A DNA stretch of 62,486 bases, filler included, from Hausera hauseri (taxonomy: Eukaryota), in NCBI GenBank assembly GCA_046269625.1. It is 12 parts of 12 records of this genome, joined end to end, with 100 filler letters (N's around TTAATTAATTAA, not from the genome) between each part and the next. Parts side by side here need not be neighbours in the genome. Positions count along the whole stretch, not along the records: positions 49,257 to 53,277 come from JBJURY010813532.1; positions 53,378 to 57,552 come from JBJURY010719657.1; positions 57,653 to 62,486 come from JBJURY010420254.1; 9 more parts are not named here. One strand, written 5' to 3'. Made by a program: the position numbers and the translations under genes. This document shows positions 49,664-61,820 of this stretch, piece after piece. The notes under the pieces are model-generated. The model had not been told where the DNA came from and searched no databases. It saw only the letters and a list, made by a program, of their open reading frames with translations. Every line of letters starts with the position of its first letter. Position 1 is the stretch's first letter.

Positions 49664-49800
49664 TTATAAAATGTCAAATCTGTCAATATGGTGAAATACA
49701 GTGGAGCCGTGCAGCAAAGTGATACGTTTAGCTTCTCGTTTAGGCGCTGAATCCTGATGAAAATAATAATTATCATTTAAGTACATTATTCGGATGTTTG
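49664..49800 (-). mobile_element. Possible Tc1/mariner transposase scrap
   Basis: YYFHQDSAPKREAK resembles the FQQDxAPxHxA motif around the second catalytic D; very short. Confidence 0.35.
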
Positions 49801-50139
49801 ATAACAGATGAGCTTTTAAACGTCCCGTCACGTTGTACTTGGAGTTGTTTTTATTACCAGAATAAATACTCAAATAATTTGGTTTTTCTGGAGCATGTTC
49901 TACGATGATAAAAACAATAATTTTGGTACAGTTTATTTCGGAACTTCACACCATTTTTGAATAGCATTTCAATAATTTGTTTAATCTCAAAATTGAAATG
50001 CTTTTGCACGGTGAAAGTCGTCTTATTCTAGTCTCAATAAGTGTTTACGAGATAACGATGTTTTATTACAAAATGTATCCAAACGTTTGGTTAAAATACT
50101 ATTACTTAGTATTTGCTGCAATAAAAGTATTATTTGTAG

Positions 50140-50556
50140 ACCTGGCAGCAAGTACGTTTACTCTGGAAAAGCAATGCATCTGGACATCTGTCATTTCGAC
50201 GCAGATCGCAGCGAAATATTTAATAGACAATGGGTGCTTAGTTCTCACTGGTGCCAAAGCCGCTGTAGATCCCACACCCGGTACATTATTTGAAAAATGT
50301 CATTTATCATGCTCTAAAGGAATGCTTGGTTATGGAATGGTAAAGGCAGCTGTGCATCAGCTGACAAAATCACTAGCAGCTCCAAATAGCGGTTTACCTT
50401 CATCTTCTTGGGTCGGTGCAATATTACCGTAATGTCTAACAACTTTTATTCTATTTCTTGTTACTTGTTCAGAGTTACATTGGATACTGAAATGAACAGA
50501 AAATTTATGCCCAAAGGCGATTTTACTACTTGGACCCCTTTGGAATTCGTTGCAAA
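50140..50556 (+). CDS. QDPR: Dihydropteridine reductase, three internal exons (50140-50280, 50320-50428, 50473-50556)
   Basis: [24 protein letters not shown]|[24 protein letters not shown]|[27 protein letters not shown], with the YxxxK motif. GT-AG introns of 39 and 44 nt, then a GTGAGT donor. Confidence 0.93.
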
Positions 50557-51024
50557 GTGAGTTTTGTTAATAAAATGGATTAAACGAGCAGGAAGTTTCA
50601 TTGAGTTTAAATGTTGTAGTATTCGGCTCGGATTGATGTATTTGTTTGATTAAAAACCTCTGATAAGTCGCAGTAAATAATTAATATTGTAACGATCAAT
50701 ATCAAAACTTGTTCGTTGTATGCATTCACATATCACAAATTAATGCCTGGCGCTTTGTCATAGGTACGTCGCCAAATTTCACACGAATGTGAATGACTGT
50801 ATTTACCGGAAATCGATAGCAAGTTGTTATTATGAACCTTGATATTGATTTGTTATATCATGCTGTATGTTATGGAAAATTCTCCAGACCGATCTTTGAT
50901 CAATGACCTACAAATGTTTTAAAAAACTGCCACAAACCAAATTGACTGAAAGTTTGCCTTAACGCTCGAGAAAAACTGGATGTAGGGATAATCTGTGCCG
51001 GCATAAGTGGGTATCACTGTATAT

Positions 51025-53277
51025 TAGGGTGTAGTGAAGTGGGCGATTTTGAGTCACATCTGGGGATTTAGTAACTTAACCATGTTGATTTTAAAAATTA
51101 ATTATAGTTTTTGATAAAACAAACGGAACACCATCTGTTTGACTTCGAAAATATCAAAAATTGCCGTTTTTCATGATTTTTCAAAAAATTCGCTCCCGCT
51201 TTTTATTATGAGTTTTACTGGAAATAGAACAAGAATTTTGCTTAAAATGAATTGATCAATATTTATTTAAAACTCCATAACGTATTACACTACAAGAAAA
51301 GTTATTTACAATGTTTACATACCAATTGCAAACAGTTCACAACGTCCATTTAAACGTGAAAGTCCGGCTTAAACTTAAAAGAAAGTATCCGTTCTCTGGA
51401 CTTCAGTCTTGCTCTAATATAACCGTCTCTCGACTCCATACAATAAACGTGAGAAGACGCCTCTTTACCATCTTCACACAACGTTCAACACCCTGTGAAT
51501 GGCATGGTATCTCGACGATAATGTGTTGTTCAGCGAATCTTCCCAGCTGTTCAATAGAAAACTTTATGGTGAGCGGAGGTTCACAGACACCTTCTGGTAG
51601 AAGTATACTTTGTAGTGTATCGACAAATTCGTTGACCTTAGGAGACCCGAACCGTCTAACTTGTTGCCAACTGGATGACTGAGGTTGTCGGATTGACTTG
51701 AGTCTGTCGATGGCGGCTTGACGAGTCGACAAGTTTCCATCCGCCAACATTGCCAACAGAACGTTCTCTTCGTGGGCCCAGTAGGCATTTTTCTGAATGA
51801 TAGGCCAAACGATGTTCTTGATGTCATCAGGGTGCGTTCTCTGTAACTTGACACGGACCATTTGTGCATCATGGACGACATTTGATATCGAACCATATTG
51901 GTCCATAATGACAGACGACGAAGTTCTGGACTCGGTTCTTCTGTCGACACATACAGACGGCAAACTCTGCTGGCTGTTGTCATCCATCTTGCTTGTGACA
52001 GTGGTCTTGGCTTTTCACGTAGGAGACCGTTACTGATGGTGCCATTACGCATTGCTGAAATCATTCTGTACAGGTAGACTTTATGACAGCTGATGTCATC
52101 GTAGTCGATGTCTGGTAGGGTAATATCGTCGGTAGTGGCTAGAAATCCCATCTTTGACACTGGCTAAAGCTTACACGAAGACAGCAACTTGCCGACAGAA
52201 CTCTTCCACAGACTCGGGCTTTGAGATGGACCAATGAGTCTCTGGCACGTGTCGGAAATGGAACTCAGTTAAATGCAGACTGCAGACAGAACCGTGCAAA
52301 GGACGCTGCCACCCTCTTCCGTCGTGATCTTCGTCTTTCCTTCAATGCAGTCACCTTTTTGTGAACTCCACCGATCTGCATCAAACGGGTCGATCTTAGA
52401 TAAGTCAAAAAGCACGTTTTCGTCGTGGACCTTTCATGTCTTTCTCACACTAACATTCCAACAAGTCCTCACACTGATATCCAACAATATCGAACAGACT
52501 GTTGCGACTTTCTGTGAACTTCTTCGTCTTTCCTGTCCCTCTGCCGTGTCTTGCTAATATTGACTCTTCTATTAGTCCATTTAACTTCGTTTTCACGTTA
52601 TTCAGCAATTGCGTTGGAATGCCTGATCGATTCCATATGTGAATAACGGCCTCGGCTTATTGAGGAATAACTGTTTTGTTACTGGCGTACTTGATTTCCT
52701 TTAAGAAAAGGAAATGTTTCACAACTTGAGAGCGTTTCGGTAGTTTAGTACGCGGAAGTTCAAGTAAAGGGCTTCCGTAGACGCTATGCCTTCGGTTTAC
52801 TGTTACTCGTTCGTGAATCTGATCTGAATACCGGATTATGTTATTACAGTCTACAAAATAATATAATTATAAGAATAATGAGGGAATCTAGTCAATGTGG
52901 AACTATTTAAAATCAATTTAAATTGAAATATCTGGTGTTTCAATAATTGTTTACTTTGTACATTACGCAATTCCCATATTTGTGAAGTGGGTGATTTTGA
53001 GGCACATCTGAGGGTTTGTTAACTTAACCATGCTGATTTCCAAAATGAATTTTATTTCTTTGGTAAAACAAATGGAACAAACGGAACTTTTGTTTGCTAA
53101 ATTTTAATTAAGGCGCCACTTAGTGAGTATATAAAAAGCCATTCAACGAAAACTACGCATACAATTCATATTTTTTGATTTTCAAGTAAAAACGGGGGGG
53201 GCGTCCCGCTTGTCACGGAAAATCAGCGTGGTTGACTGTACAAAACCTTAAACGCGCCTCAAAATCGAAGAAAATGT
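51025..53277 (-). mobile_element. hAT-superfamily (hATx/hATm-like) DNA transposon, decayed transposase at about 51330-52830
   Basis: IWNRSGIP; CSLHLTEFHFRH (CxxH); LSQARWMTTASRVCRLY; NAYWAHEENVLLAML; IPCHSQGVERCVK; candidate terminus TAGGG at 51025. Subfamily name is from memory. Confidence 0.8.
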
Positions 53278-53450
53278 NNNNNNNNNNNNNNNNNNNNNNN
53301 NNNNNNNNNNNNNNNNNNNNNTTAATTAATTAANNNNNNNNNNNNNNNNNNNNNNNNNNNNNNNNNNNNNNNNNNNNTGTTGGCAGAATTGATATTTTGT
53401 TTTGTTCTGAATATTTTACCAATTGAAATTATTTGAAAAATGTGTAGACT

Positions 53451-55183
53451 ATGACAGATTCTTTACATTGCCGTCAATCAAATATCGACGATCATTTCGT
53501 CGTTAAATAAAAAAATTACAAACAATCTGTTACTGAAATAAATCAGCTGATTGAACAACACAAAAATGATGCCGAGCAACATTTATTTCGCGTGTTATTT
53601 TCATCCGTTGATTTTTCCGGCAGTGAAAAGTAACTGAAAATTTTCAGAAGTGCCAATTGTTACTTAACGATGTCAACACAAAAATCACCAAATCGAATTC
53701 TCCGTCGTTGTTATGCCAATCGGTGGAATTTCTCCATTCTACACAGTACCGGAAAAGTCTGAAACCGTCCAATCAACTGTTTTGCCGTTATCCAAAGCGC
53801 TGAAGTTGAATAAAGTTCAGGAAGTTGTCGTGGGTATTTATTTAACGAAATCGTCCAACAAAGAAATAGTTGCTATTGATAATCAGTGGTTGAGACAGAA
53901 ATTTCCAGATTTGATTCGATCGTATGTTGACGGTGATAATGGAGGAAAAGAACGTGCAGGATTGAAGGACTTGAATGTCGAGATGCTCCAGTTGATTTTC
54001 ATTCATTTGAACATGGATAGGGACAATTTTGGAATTGGAGATGAGATGACAGACTTTTTGGATACTTTGCGCAAAGATTTCCTTAAAGACAGTGTTCCAG
54101 TTGTTTGGTCAGGTTTGTTATATAAGGAGGATGATTCACTATTAAAAAACGAATAAGGATCATGTTTCATTTAAATTTCAATCTAATTATATTGCCAATA
54201 TTCTAGAAGAATTTGGTTCCATTTCTAAATACAGCATGGAGGAATTGCATAATTTACTTCATTACTTCGATGGAACATCGCATTTAACTACAACAGCAAT
54301 TGCTGCTTTTATTTGCATTTTTATGCGATCATCCGTTCAGTCATGCAGCGGCAATGGTTTTGGCTGGGATTCTTCTTCATCGAATGGATCGTTTCCACAC
54401 AATGCTGATTCACTTCCATGGAATTTTGATACGTTTTTCAGTTTTGTTTTTGAAAAAAACGCCACAATCCACAAACGTCAAATAATTGAAGAACGCGTTT
54501 GTCCGAATTTTGACGCATCTCGACGGCAGTCGTTGTCGATGTTGCATACATGCGTTATCAAATGTATCAGTCCGTTTCCAATTGCATTTTTCTATTCGAA
54601 ATGCAAAAATTCCACTGCACACTCGTCTTTTCTTAAGGGTTGTTTGAGTAACCCTGACGTCATATTTCTTCCGTCGTATCCGCACAAATTATAAGACGTT
54701 GGTTTGTTTAATTCAAAATCAGATAATGATTTTCTGACAGATGTAACAGATGCTTTTGATTCTCCAATTGGGTTGTATCCCCATATAATGCTATGTTCAT
54801 TGACTCTGTCAACTGTCAATAATGGATTAAAATTACGACTATTCCATCAATTATTTGCCGCATTTGTACGAAATGTCAACTTCCCTGCTGCGATATTTGC
54901 TGTGTGCAATAAAATGAAAGTAGATTGTCTCAGTGTTATAGTCAATGTTCTATTTGACTATTACAAGGAATGTGTGAATAATTATCAAAATCTCTCATGT
55001 ATCCACCAAATTTCGAAAGTTGTTTCGGAATTTCAAGTTGTCTACTACATTCTACCAAGTAAAGATCAACCGAATATCTTCAAGGCCAATTCGTCATTCC
55101 GATACGAAGTCGTCCATTTGGCATTGAACATTGTGATATTCTGTACGAAAAAAATGACGAATTTCTTAATAGTGGACAATTAA
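53451..55183 (+). pseudogene. CNOT1: CCR4-NOT subunit 1 N-terminal region, disrupted copy
   Basis: QISTIISSLNKKNYKQSVTEI..HLFRVLFSSVDFSG; LSKALKLNKVQEV..QKFPDLIRSYVD..FLDTLRKDF; PWNFDTF. Stops, frameshifts and deletions; no introns seen. Confidence 0.88.
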
Positions 55184-55369
55184 TTGTTGTAAAATTGGTG
55201 TTTCGTATTACAGGAGAATTATATGCAAGAGTAACAATAATGCAGCACAAAAATAAGTAATAAATAATAATATTATTTATTTCCAATTTGTTTAAATATT
55301 AAATATAAAAGAAATCCATTTTAAAAACTGATTAGACTTCAATTTGAATTATGTGCGACAATAACCTAG

Positions 55370-56439
55370 GTGATCTTCATGATTTCGATCCGCCGACTTG
55401 CCGACCAATGTCTTCTTTACTGGCGATCCAACCAGGACAATGGGAACGGAAATCAACCGTCGGACGAAGAAGCCATAATATGGTATAAAGCGACGTTCAT
55501 GAGGAAGGTAAACCCTCTCGATGAGGTAATCGAATTGGCCAACATGTACCAGAAAGAAGGAGAAAAGTTTCTGACATTTGAAATCAGAGTGCGTCAAGCA
55601 ACTGACAACATTTTTGAGTTGAACAAAGATTTTGTTCAAAAAGTGCTAAAAAAACATCAGCTCAAAAGTGCTAAGAGAGCGGTATGTTTTCAAACGAAAA
55701 ATGACGGTAGAAGAGATGAGGGAAGAAGTTAAAATTTTGGAAGATAGCCAAGCTTTAGAAGAGTTCAGAGAAGTGGCATCAGTGAAGAAATCACTCCGCG
55801 ATACGGTAAAGTCTCCCAAACAAAATTTCGGAAAGACAACATACGTGAAACCAAAATAAAATGACAGAAGACCGTACATACACAATAGCGAAAGAGAATA
55901 TTCAAAAAAGAAAGGTTTGAAACAAGGTCGTTAAATAACAACATGGCTCAGGACAATAAACTGCATTCCAGGTTGATCGCATATAGGAGAAGAGTGAAAC
56001 ACCTACCAGCACCGAAAGAGGAAGTGCCATCTAAGGGTGATTGTTTTTGCTGTGGAAAACATGGACACATTAGAAGAAATTGCCCTTTAAACAATTAATG
56101 TTTGATATGTAGAAAAGTGGATACGGATTTAGAAACTGTATCAAATTACGACAGGTAATCCCTATTTGTGTAGGAAAGATGTATGAAGACCATGGAGACG
56201 AAATGGTGCTCTGTGAAGACGACGTGCAGGAAACTTTAAACACAAGAAACTCTGCTGTGAGCATTTCGTCAGTGGAGTTGGCGTAGAAAATCTACAAAAC
56301 CGAGATGCAACAATGGTAGTGGGGAAAGACAGGCGGTGGTGGAGTAAAGTCATGCTAAACAAGTGTGGAATAGAAATGTTGTTGGATAGTGAAACCAGTG
56401 TGTCATTAATCAGTGAAAAAATTTGGAAAGCGATAGGAC
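55370..56439 (+). mobile_element. Gypsy family B gag-protease remnant
   Basis: QKEGEKFLTFEIRVR capsid motif; DCFCCGKHGHIRRNC knuckle; EMLLDSETSVSLISEKIWK protease-like. Confidence 0.82.
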
Positions 56440-56610
56440 TGTGGTGCCCACATTCGCCCAATGGGTGATTTGTTCAATAAACTATTTTTTGTTTTAATAT
56501 TTAAAAAAAATAAAACTTTTATGTTTGCCGTTCGACGGTCTTTACAAAAAACTACTGTCTTATACTTGCATGAATTTCTATTAGAGTTTTGATGCATTTA
56601 CTTAGTTTTA

Positions 56611-57552
56611 ATGGATTTATTAATGATAACATGCCAGAATATGGAATTTATTGGTGATCGGTTAGATACGATACGACATGGATTTACTGAAATTCCAGTT
56701 GAGACAAACACAAACCATTTGAATGATGCTAAATCGGAAGTTTTAACAACGAATCATGCTCGAACACCGATCGTAAGCCGAACCGCTCTTTGGAAAAATG
56801 TCCCCGTTTACATGTATTGCCGATCGAATAACGATGAAAATACCAATGCGGCTTTTAATCAATCTAAAAGTGTCGGAGTTTTAAATTCTGTCATTGACAA
56901 CAAATCGTCGTTTACACAGAACTGGATATCTTGTCAGAATTCATTAAATTACTCTCCCGAAGTGAAACTGAATGCGGATATTATTTTTGAGGAAAAATTG
57001 CGGAATGATGATGACATTGAAAACTCATACTATTCAGACAGATTTGCCTCTCCAGATAACAGTTCATCGAGTAATGACAGCAGTAATATTAGTTCGATTA
57101 GTCTAAACAAAACATCATATGCTACGGAAAATATTAAGCTTCCTTTTGAAAATTCACAACACGTCGTATCCTGTTAGACCGGTTCACACCAACCACATAA
57201 TGGAGTTCCAACCGTTTCTCTGTGATAATTCTGATGAAGAAATGGTGAACAGACGTTACCATCAGCTTCCAAAAACCATAGATCGCAAAGCAGCTAAACG
57301 ACTCACAAGGCGATTATACGAATGTGACGGGTTCAGAATCACCGATCTTGCAAAGCATTCATTAAAAAATGATTTCAGCCAAATCGTTGGGGAAAAATTT
57401 ACCAATTATTTTGACTTCACAAATCCAAGTCTTGATAAAGAATTACGGTTATTCTTGAGAAAGTTCACTTTAACGGGTAAAACCCAGGAAAGAGAACGAA
57501 TCATGCATTATTTAAACCAAACTCCGGATTTATCAGATTACAAAAAAAATAT
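56611..57552 (+). pseudogene. EFA6/PSD-family Arf6 GEF fragment (Sec7 domain)
   Basis: AAKRLTRRLYECDGFRITDLAKH..NDFSQIVGEKFTNYFDFT..LDKELRLFLRKFTLTGKTQERERIMH. Frameshift near 57170; truncated at the contig end. Confidence 0.85.
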
Positions 57553-57652
57553 NNNNNNNNNNNNNNNNNNNNNNNNNNNNNNNNNNNNNNNNNNNNTTAA
57601 TTAATTAANNNNNNNNNNNNNNNNNNNNNNNNNNNNNNNNNNNNNNNNNNNN

Positions 57653-57853
57653 ATCGTCGTGAGTCACGTTGACATTGGTAATGGAAGGCGGAATTTACTA
57701 AAGTATCGAAAACGACTCATTGGCCTTGCCAACACCCGCAGTAAACGTCTGAAACGATAGGTTATGTACCAGCAAAACGGTGGGTTCCTTGGCACAATTC
57801 TACCGATTGTCGCGTCATTAGTGGGTGGACTCATTGATTATGCAACAACATGA
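57653..57853 (+). pseudogene. Maverick small basic protein with QxGGFL motif
   Basis: LLKYRKRLIGLANTRSKRLKR*VMYQQNGGFLGTILPIVASLVGGLI, directly upstream of the integrase. Confidence 0.7.
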
Positions 57854-57967
57854 TAGTATAAACAATGACGGTAAGTATATGATGATTCGGCAATATGGAT
57901 GCATGGTTTTCATCATTTTGACCCCGTTTACCGAATCTTTCATTTACGATTCGTTCTAATTGTTGTA

Positions 57968-58975
57968 ATGCAAGCAGCAGCAGCAGCAAAACGGACACCA
58001 TCGACAGCAAAAACGATGGGCGATGTGTGGTTCGACCCGCGTCATTCCGTCGGCTATACTGGTGTTGACAAACTGGCAAAGGCTGTCAAACAGAATCGGC
58101 AACAGACCCAACATTGGCTCGGGAAACAGTTAGCATACAGCCTAAACAAACTGATAAGGAGGCGGTTCCCAACTCGTGCATACCGTGCTGCCTGTGTAAA
58201 TAACGTATGGCAAATGGATCTGATGGAAGTGATTCCGTACGCCTGCATGAACGATGGGTATATATTGATGTGTTTAGTCGTTTTGCACGTTCAATTGCTG
58301 TGAAATCTAAATCGGATAGAGATTGCCGACGCTGTTCAGACACTGATACAACAACAGCCGAAGCAATTACAAACAGATTTGGGTAAGGAATTGTACAACA
58401 CCCACGTTGCAGCGGTCTTGAAACCTTTCGACGTTATCCACTACTGGCTGTTTTCCCAATACAAGGCTGCACTTGTTGAACGATTTAATCGAACATTGCG
58501 CGGCCGCCGAAACAAATTCTTTACGAAGCAAGCAACAAACGCTGGGTAGATGTACTTCCGGATATTTTTCATGCATACAATCATTCGACACACCTTGGAA
58601 TCAACGGAATGCGCCCGGTTGACGTAATCGATGATTTGGACATGTGGCTTTATCAAAACACCGACGAGGTCGACAGGGAAATTAAACGCCCAAAATATAA
58701 AATCGGTGCTTACGTACGTATTTCGAAAATATGTACTACGCCATTCATTAAGAATATCAATCAGAACTGGAGCGACGGGGTTTTCCGCATTTCGGCAATC
58801 CACACGAAACAAACAACTGTCATATACGTTTTAGAGGATGAAAACGGTGAGGAAATATGCTGTGAATTCTTCGGACAGGAACTGCAGGTACTACCCGAGA
58901 AAGCCGATGTATATCGTATTCATGAAATTCTACGTTCACGTGGCAAAGGTTGAAATATACAATATCTCGTCAAGT
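57968..58975 (+). pseudogene. Maverick c-integrase with start of a C-terminal chromodomain, disrupted
   Basis: WFDPRHSVGYTG; VWQMDL; IDVFSRFA; LQTDLGKELYN; KAALVERFNRTL; YKIGAYVRISK; QNWSDGVF; VYRIHEILRSR..QYLVK. Confidence 0.92.
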
Positions 58976-59055
58976 GCAGCGAGTTGGATTTTTGCATCAC
59001 AAATTTAGTGAGCAGCAGCAGCAGCATTTACTTGGTACTTGATAGTAACAGATCA

Positions 59056-60313
59056 TTATCGCAACATGGTGACGACGACTGATGAATCTATATAGAAATT
59101 ATATAACGTAGGTGCTATGTACTGTACAAAGGAGGACACTTTATATATGTTATTCAACACAGATATTTTAAGACTTAACATATTCATTGTCAGACAAATT
59201 TCACCCTTCATAAAACTCCTTTTCTTACAAATCCTTAGAGCATCATTGATAATTTCTCTGAACTCATGTACCCCTGAACCTATCTCGAATTCCATAAGAC
59301 TCAATTCCCCGGTTTGTTTCTCTTTTATTACCGTATTAATTCTTAACACAGACCCTATAAAATACAGTTTGCGAATTTTATTACCTTCAAAACCTTTTAT
59401 GACTATATAATAATATAAAAATACATTTATTTTACACAGAAAAAACATTTAAGTTACTTTTTTCACCATACCTGGCCATTTTTAACGGAGTGCCCCTCTC
59501 CGGGGAAATATATCCACCATTATTCGTTAGTATCCCCACAAGCATACTGATTTTTTCAGGCATACATTCAGTCAGACAGCTCGAGTCGCCAATCACAAAA
59601 TCAAAAAGATAAACATAACGAGTAACTATATAATCTAATCTACTTCTCATCCATCTCAACCATAAATTAATCATAATCGACCCACTACGAGCCGGAGCAA
59701 CGTTATTTCTTTTCTCAAACGATAGGAAGTCCCGTTGTGAAATCATTTCGGTCTTCAATTTATGACGATCTCTTCTTTCTTCAACACTTCCTCTGCTCTC
59801 TTCATAGTCGAGATATGCATGCATCCTCCAGCACCCATTTCTATCCATTTCTCTCTTAAGAAATACAGTCAAATATATGAAGAGAAATGGTGCATTATTT
59901 ATAAAACTATTACTAACATTGATCTTTACAATTTCGCCACCAAGATTAGATCTCATTCTTAGATTTCGTACATCTGGATATCTTGCATCAATTTGCATCT
60001 TTAATCCTCTTTGATTCATATCTTTATTCCTTGCGATATCTTTCCTACATTCATTACTTAAGAACTCATCTCCACGAAATTCATAATTGTATAATTGCAA
60101 ACTGTAATTAAGCATTTTGGACAATAAATGCATCTCTGAGTTTCTTCGTCTTTTTTGGCTCGAATTTTTTATATTTTTCGGTGAGAGGCCATAGGCGTGG
60201 TCTCTGAGTCTTTCTGTATCTTTGTATATCTTAACTTTCTCAGAATTCCTTCTATTTCTCATAAAATTAACCTCAGTCGAATTTGTCCGTAACAGGACTA
60301 TATAATCATACAT
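59056..60313 (-). CDS. Orphan two-exon gene, about 400 aa (intron 59403-59457)
   Basis: Removing a 55-nt GTAACT...TATAG phase-1 intron joins ORF 59432-60313 in frame to ORF 59056-59448 (..GEK-IIKGFEG..). No domain recognised. Confidence 0.6.
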
Positions 60314-60449
60314 TTGAAAATTTCTAATTGTAAATTCAATTTTCTAATTTCTATCCATTGATATTGCTATATATACCAAATATGAATTATATATATGCCA
60401 ATATGGTTATCAATTTATTATGCTGATCTTATGTTATATTTATTAGACC

Positions 60450-60930
60450 GCATGTAGTTGGTTCTTGAGATTGGTCTTCAGCGGAAAGCATAGGCGCATA
60501 TGCCATTATCGGAAATGTATTCTAGGGCATGGCACTAAATTTATTAACAATTCAGTTGCACCAGCATGTGAACCGAAAAGGCTGATATAACTTTCAATTT
60601 CGTTAACGCTATTTCTTTTTCTTATATATATATATATATATACACAGATTCATTATCAAAACTTATTGTACAATTTTCGTAATTCAAATTAATGTGCGTG
60701 TGAAAAACTGTATTATACGACTCCACCGTTATCTCAGACATTCTAGGTGATGGGAAAACTCCAAGACCAAATTTATACTTTCTATCGTAAAGATCTCTGA
60801 TTCTTTTAATTAACAGTTTGCCAAACTCAGAACTTGTTCCTCCACTAAAGGAATTTAACAAACTAAAGGTATTCAACCATCGCATCTTTCTAGTTCCTTT
60901 GAAATTCTATCAAGGATTTCTTTGTTTTGT
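60450..60930 (-). pseudogene. Divergent alpha-tubulin-like fragment
   Basis: NSFSGGTSSEFG..VFPSPRMSEITVESYNTVFHTH..FDNESVY, then NLVPCPRIHF..AYAPMLSAE; frameshifted. Confidence 0.8.
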
Positions 60931-60949
60931 TTTTCGATGAATGGTCTGC

Positions 60950-61820
60950 TTTTTGTATAACAAATCATCTCATCGTCACATATTCGCCTTCGGAAAACTT
61001 CTTCAGCCTCACCCAACATTGACGAGTCATACAACTAATCATTATTTTCAAGTGTTGGCGGTGCACCACCAGTAGCTTTTACTATTTGTTTTAAATCAAC
61101 CTTTTTGCATCGTCGAACCGTAATGGCCTTAGCTTCAACAAACAATTCATACATAAATCATCTACTTCCCCAGTTGTTAAAACAACATTTGCACCTGCTT
61201 TAAATACTTTCTCAATTCGTTCTTTGGTGATATCACATCCACTCTTTCTGATTTCATCCAGTTTATCTGGTTCTGTCACTAAAATTTGAACACCAAACTT
61301 GAGTCTTGTTTTTTTTGCAAATTAAATTCCAACAGTGCAATTTTTGCATCTCTAATACTCTTAGGCTTCAGTAAACTGGTAACGGTGCAATTTAATGGGT
61401 AACCTATCAACATTTCATTGTCTCGCTTTGATTAACCATGACCCTTTAAAACGTTAATTGAATTAACAGGATAAGAAAAATCCCGTCGTCATTTTACGTA
61501 CGTACGGCCATTGCTGCTTCCACTGCAATATTGGCAAAAAATCAGCATCAACGCCGATAAGTTTACTTGACCTTACTGTCTCTGCTGCATTAACAATACA
61601 TTCTTTTCCCAAATCATCAAAGTTTAGAGTTAACTTGTTTATCAAATACTTGTATTCTTCTTTACATGCTGTTCTGTAACCGCTTATTAAAATTGTTGGA
61701 TGTATTTTGGCTGAAACTTGTTCATCGACATTTTTCAATAATTCGTCAGCAAGTAAAACGACCGAAGTCGTTCCATCACCCACTTCCTCATCTTGCAATA
61801 AGCAAGTTCAACCAGCCGAA
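60950..61820 (-). pseudogene. TCP1: T-complex protein 1 alpha (CCT1) internal fragment, disrupted
   Basis: [25 protein letters not shown]; [12 protein letters not shown]; GYPLNC; EPDKLDEIR..DITKERIEKVFKAGANVVLTTG. Frameshifts and stops; no introns seen. Confidence 0.9.

Noticed and set aside
49977-50432. 151-aa ORF as a single-exon protein
   Set aside because: It begins in intron sequence and reads through a 39-nt intron of QDPR.
4590-57652. Regularly recurring TTAATTAATTAA palindrome as a biological repeat or CRISPR-like array
   Set aside because: Always centred in exactly 44+44 N; it is an assembly linker with stops in six frames. ORFs ending in X-runs are artefacts of it.
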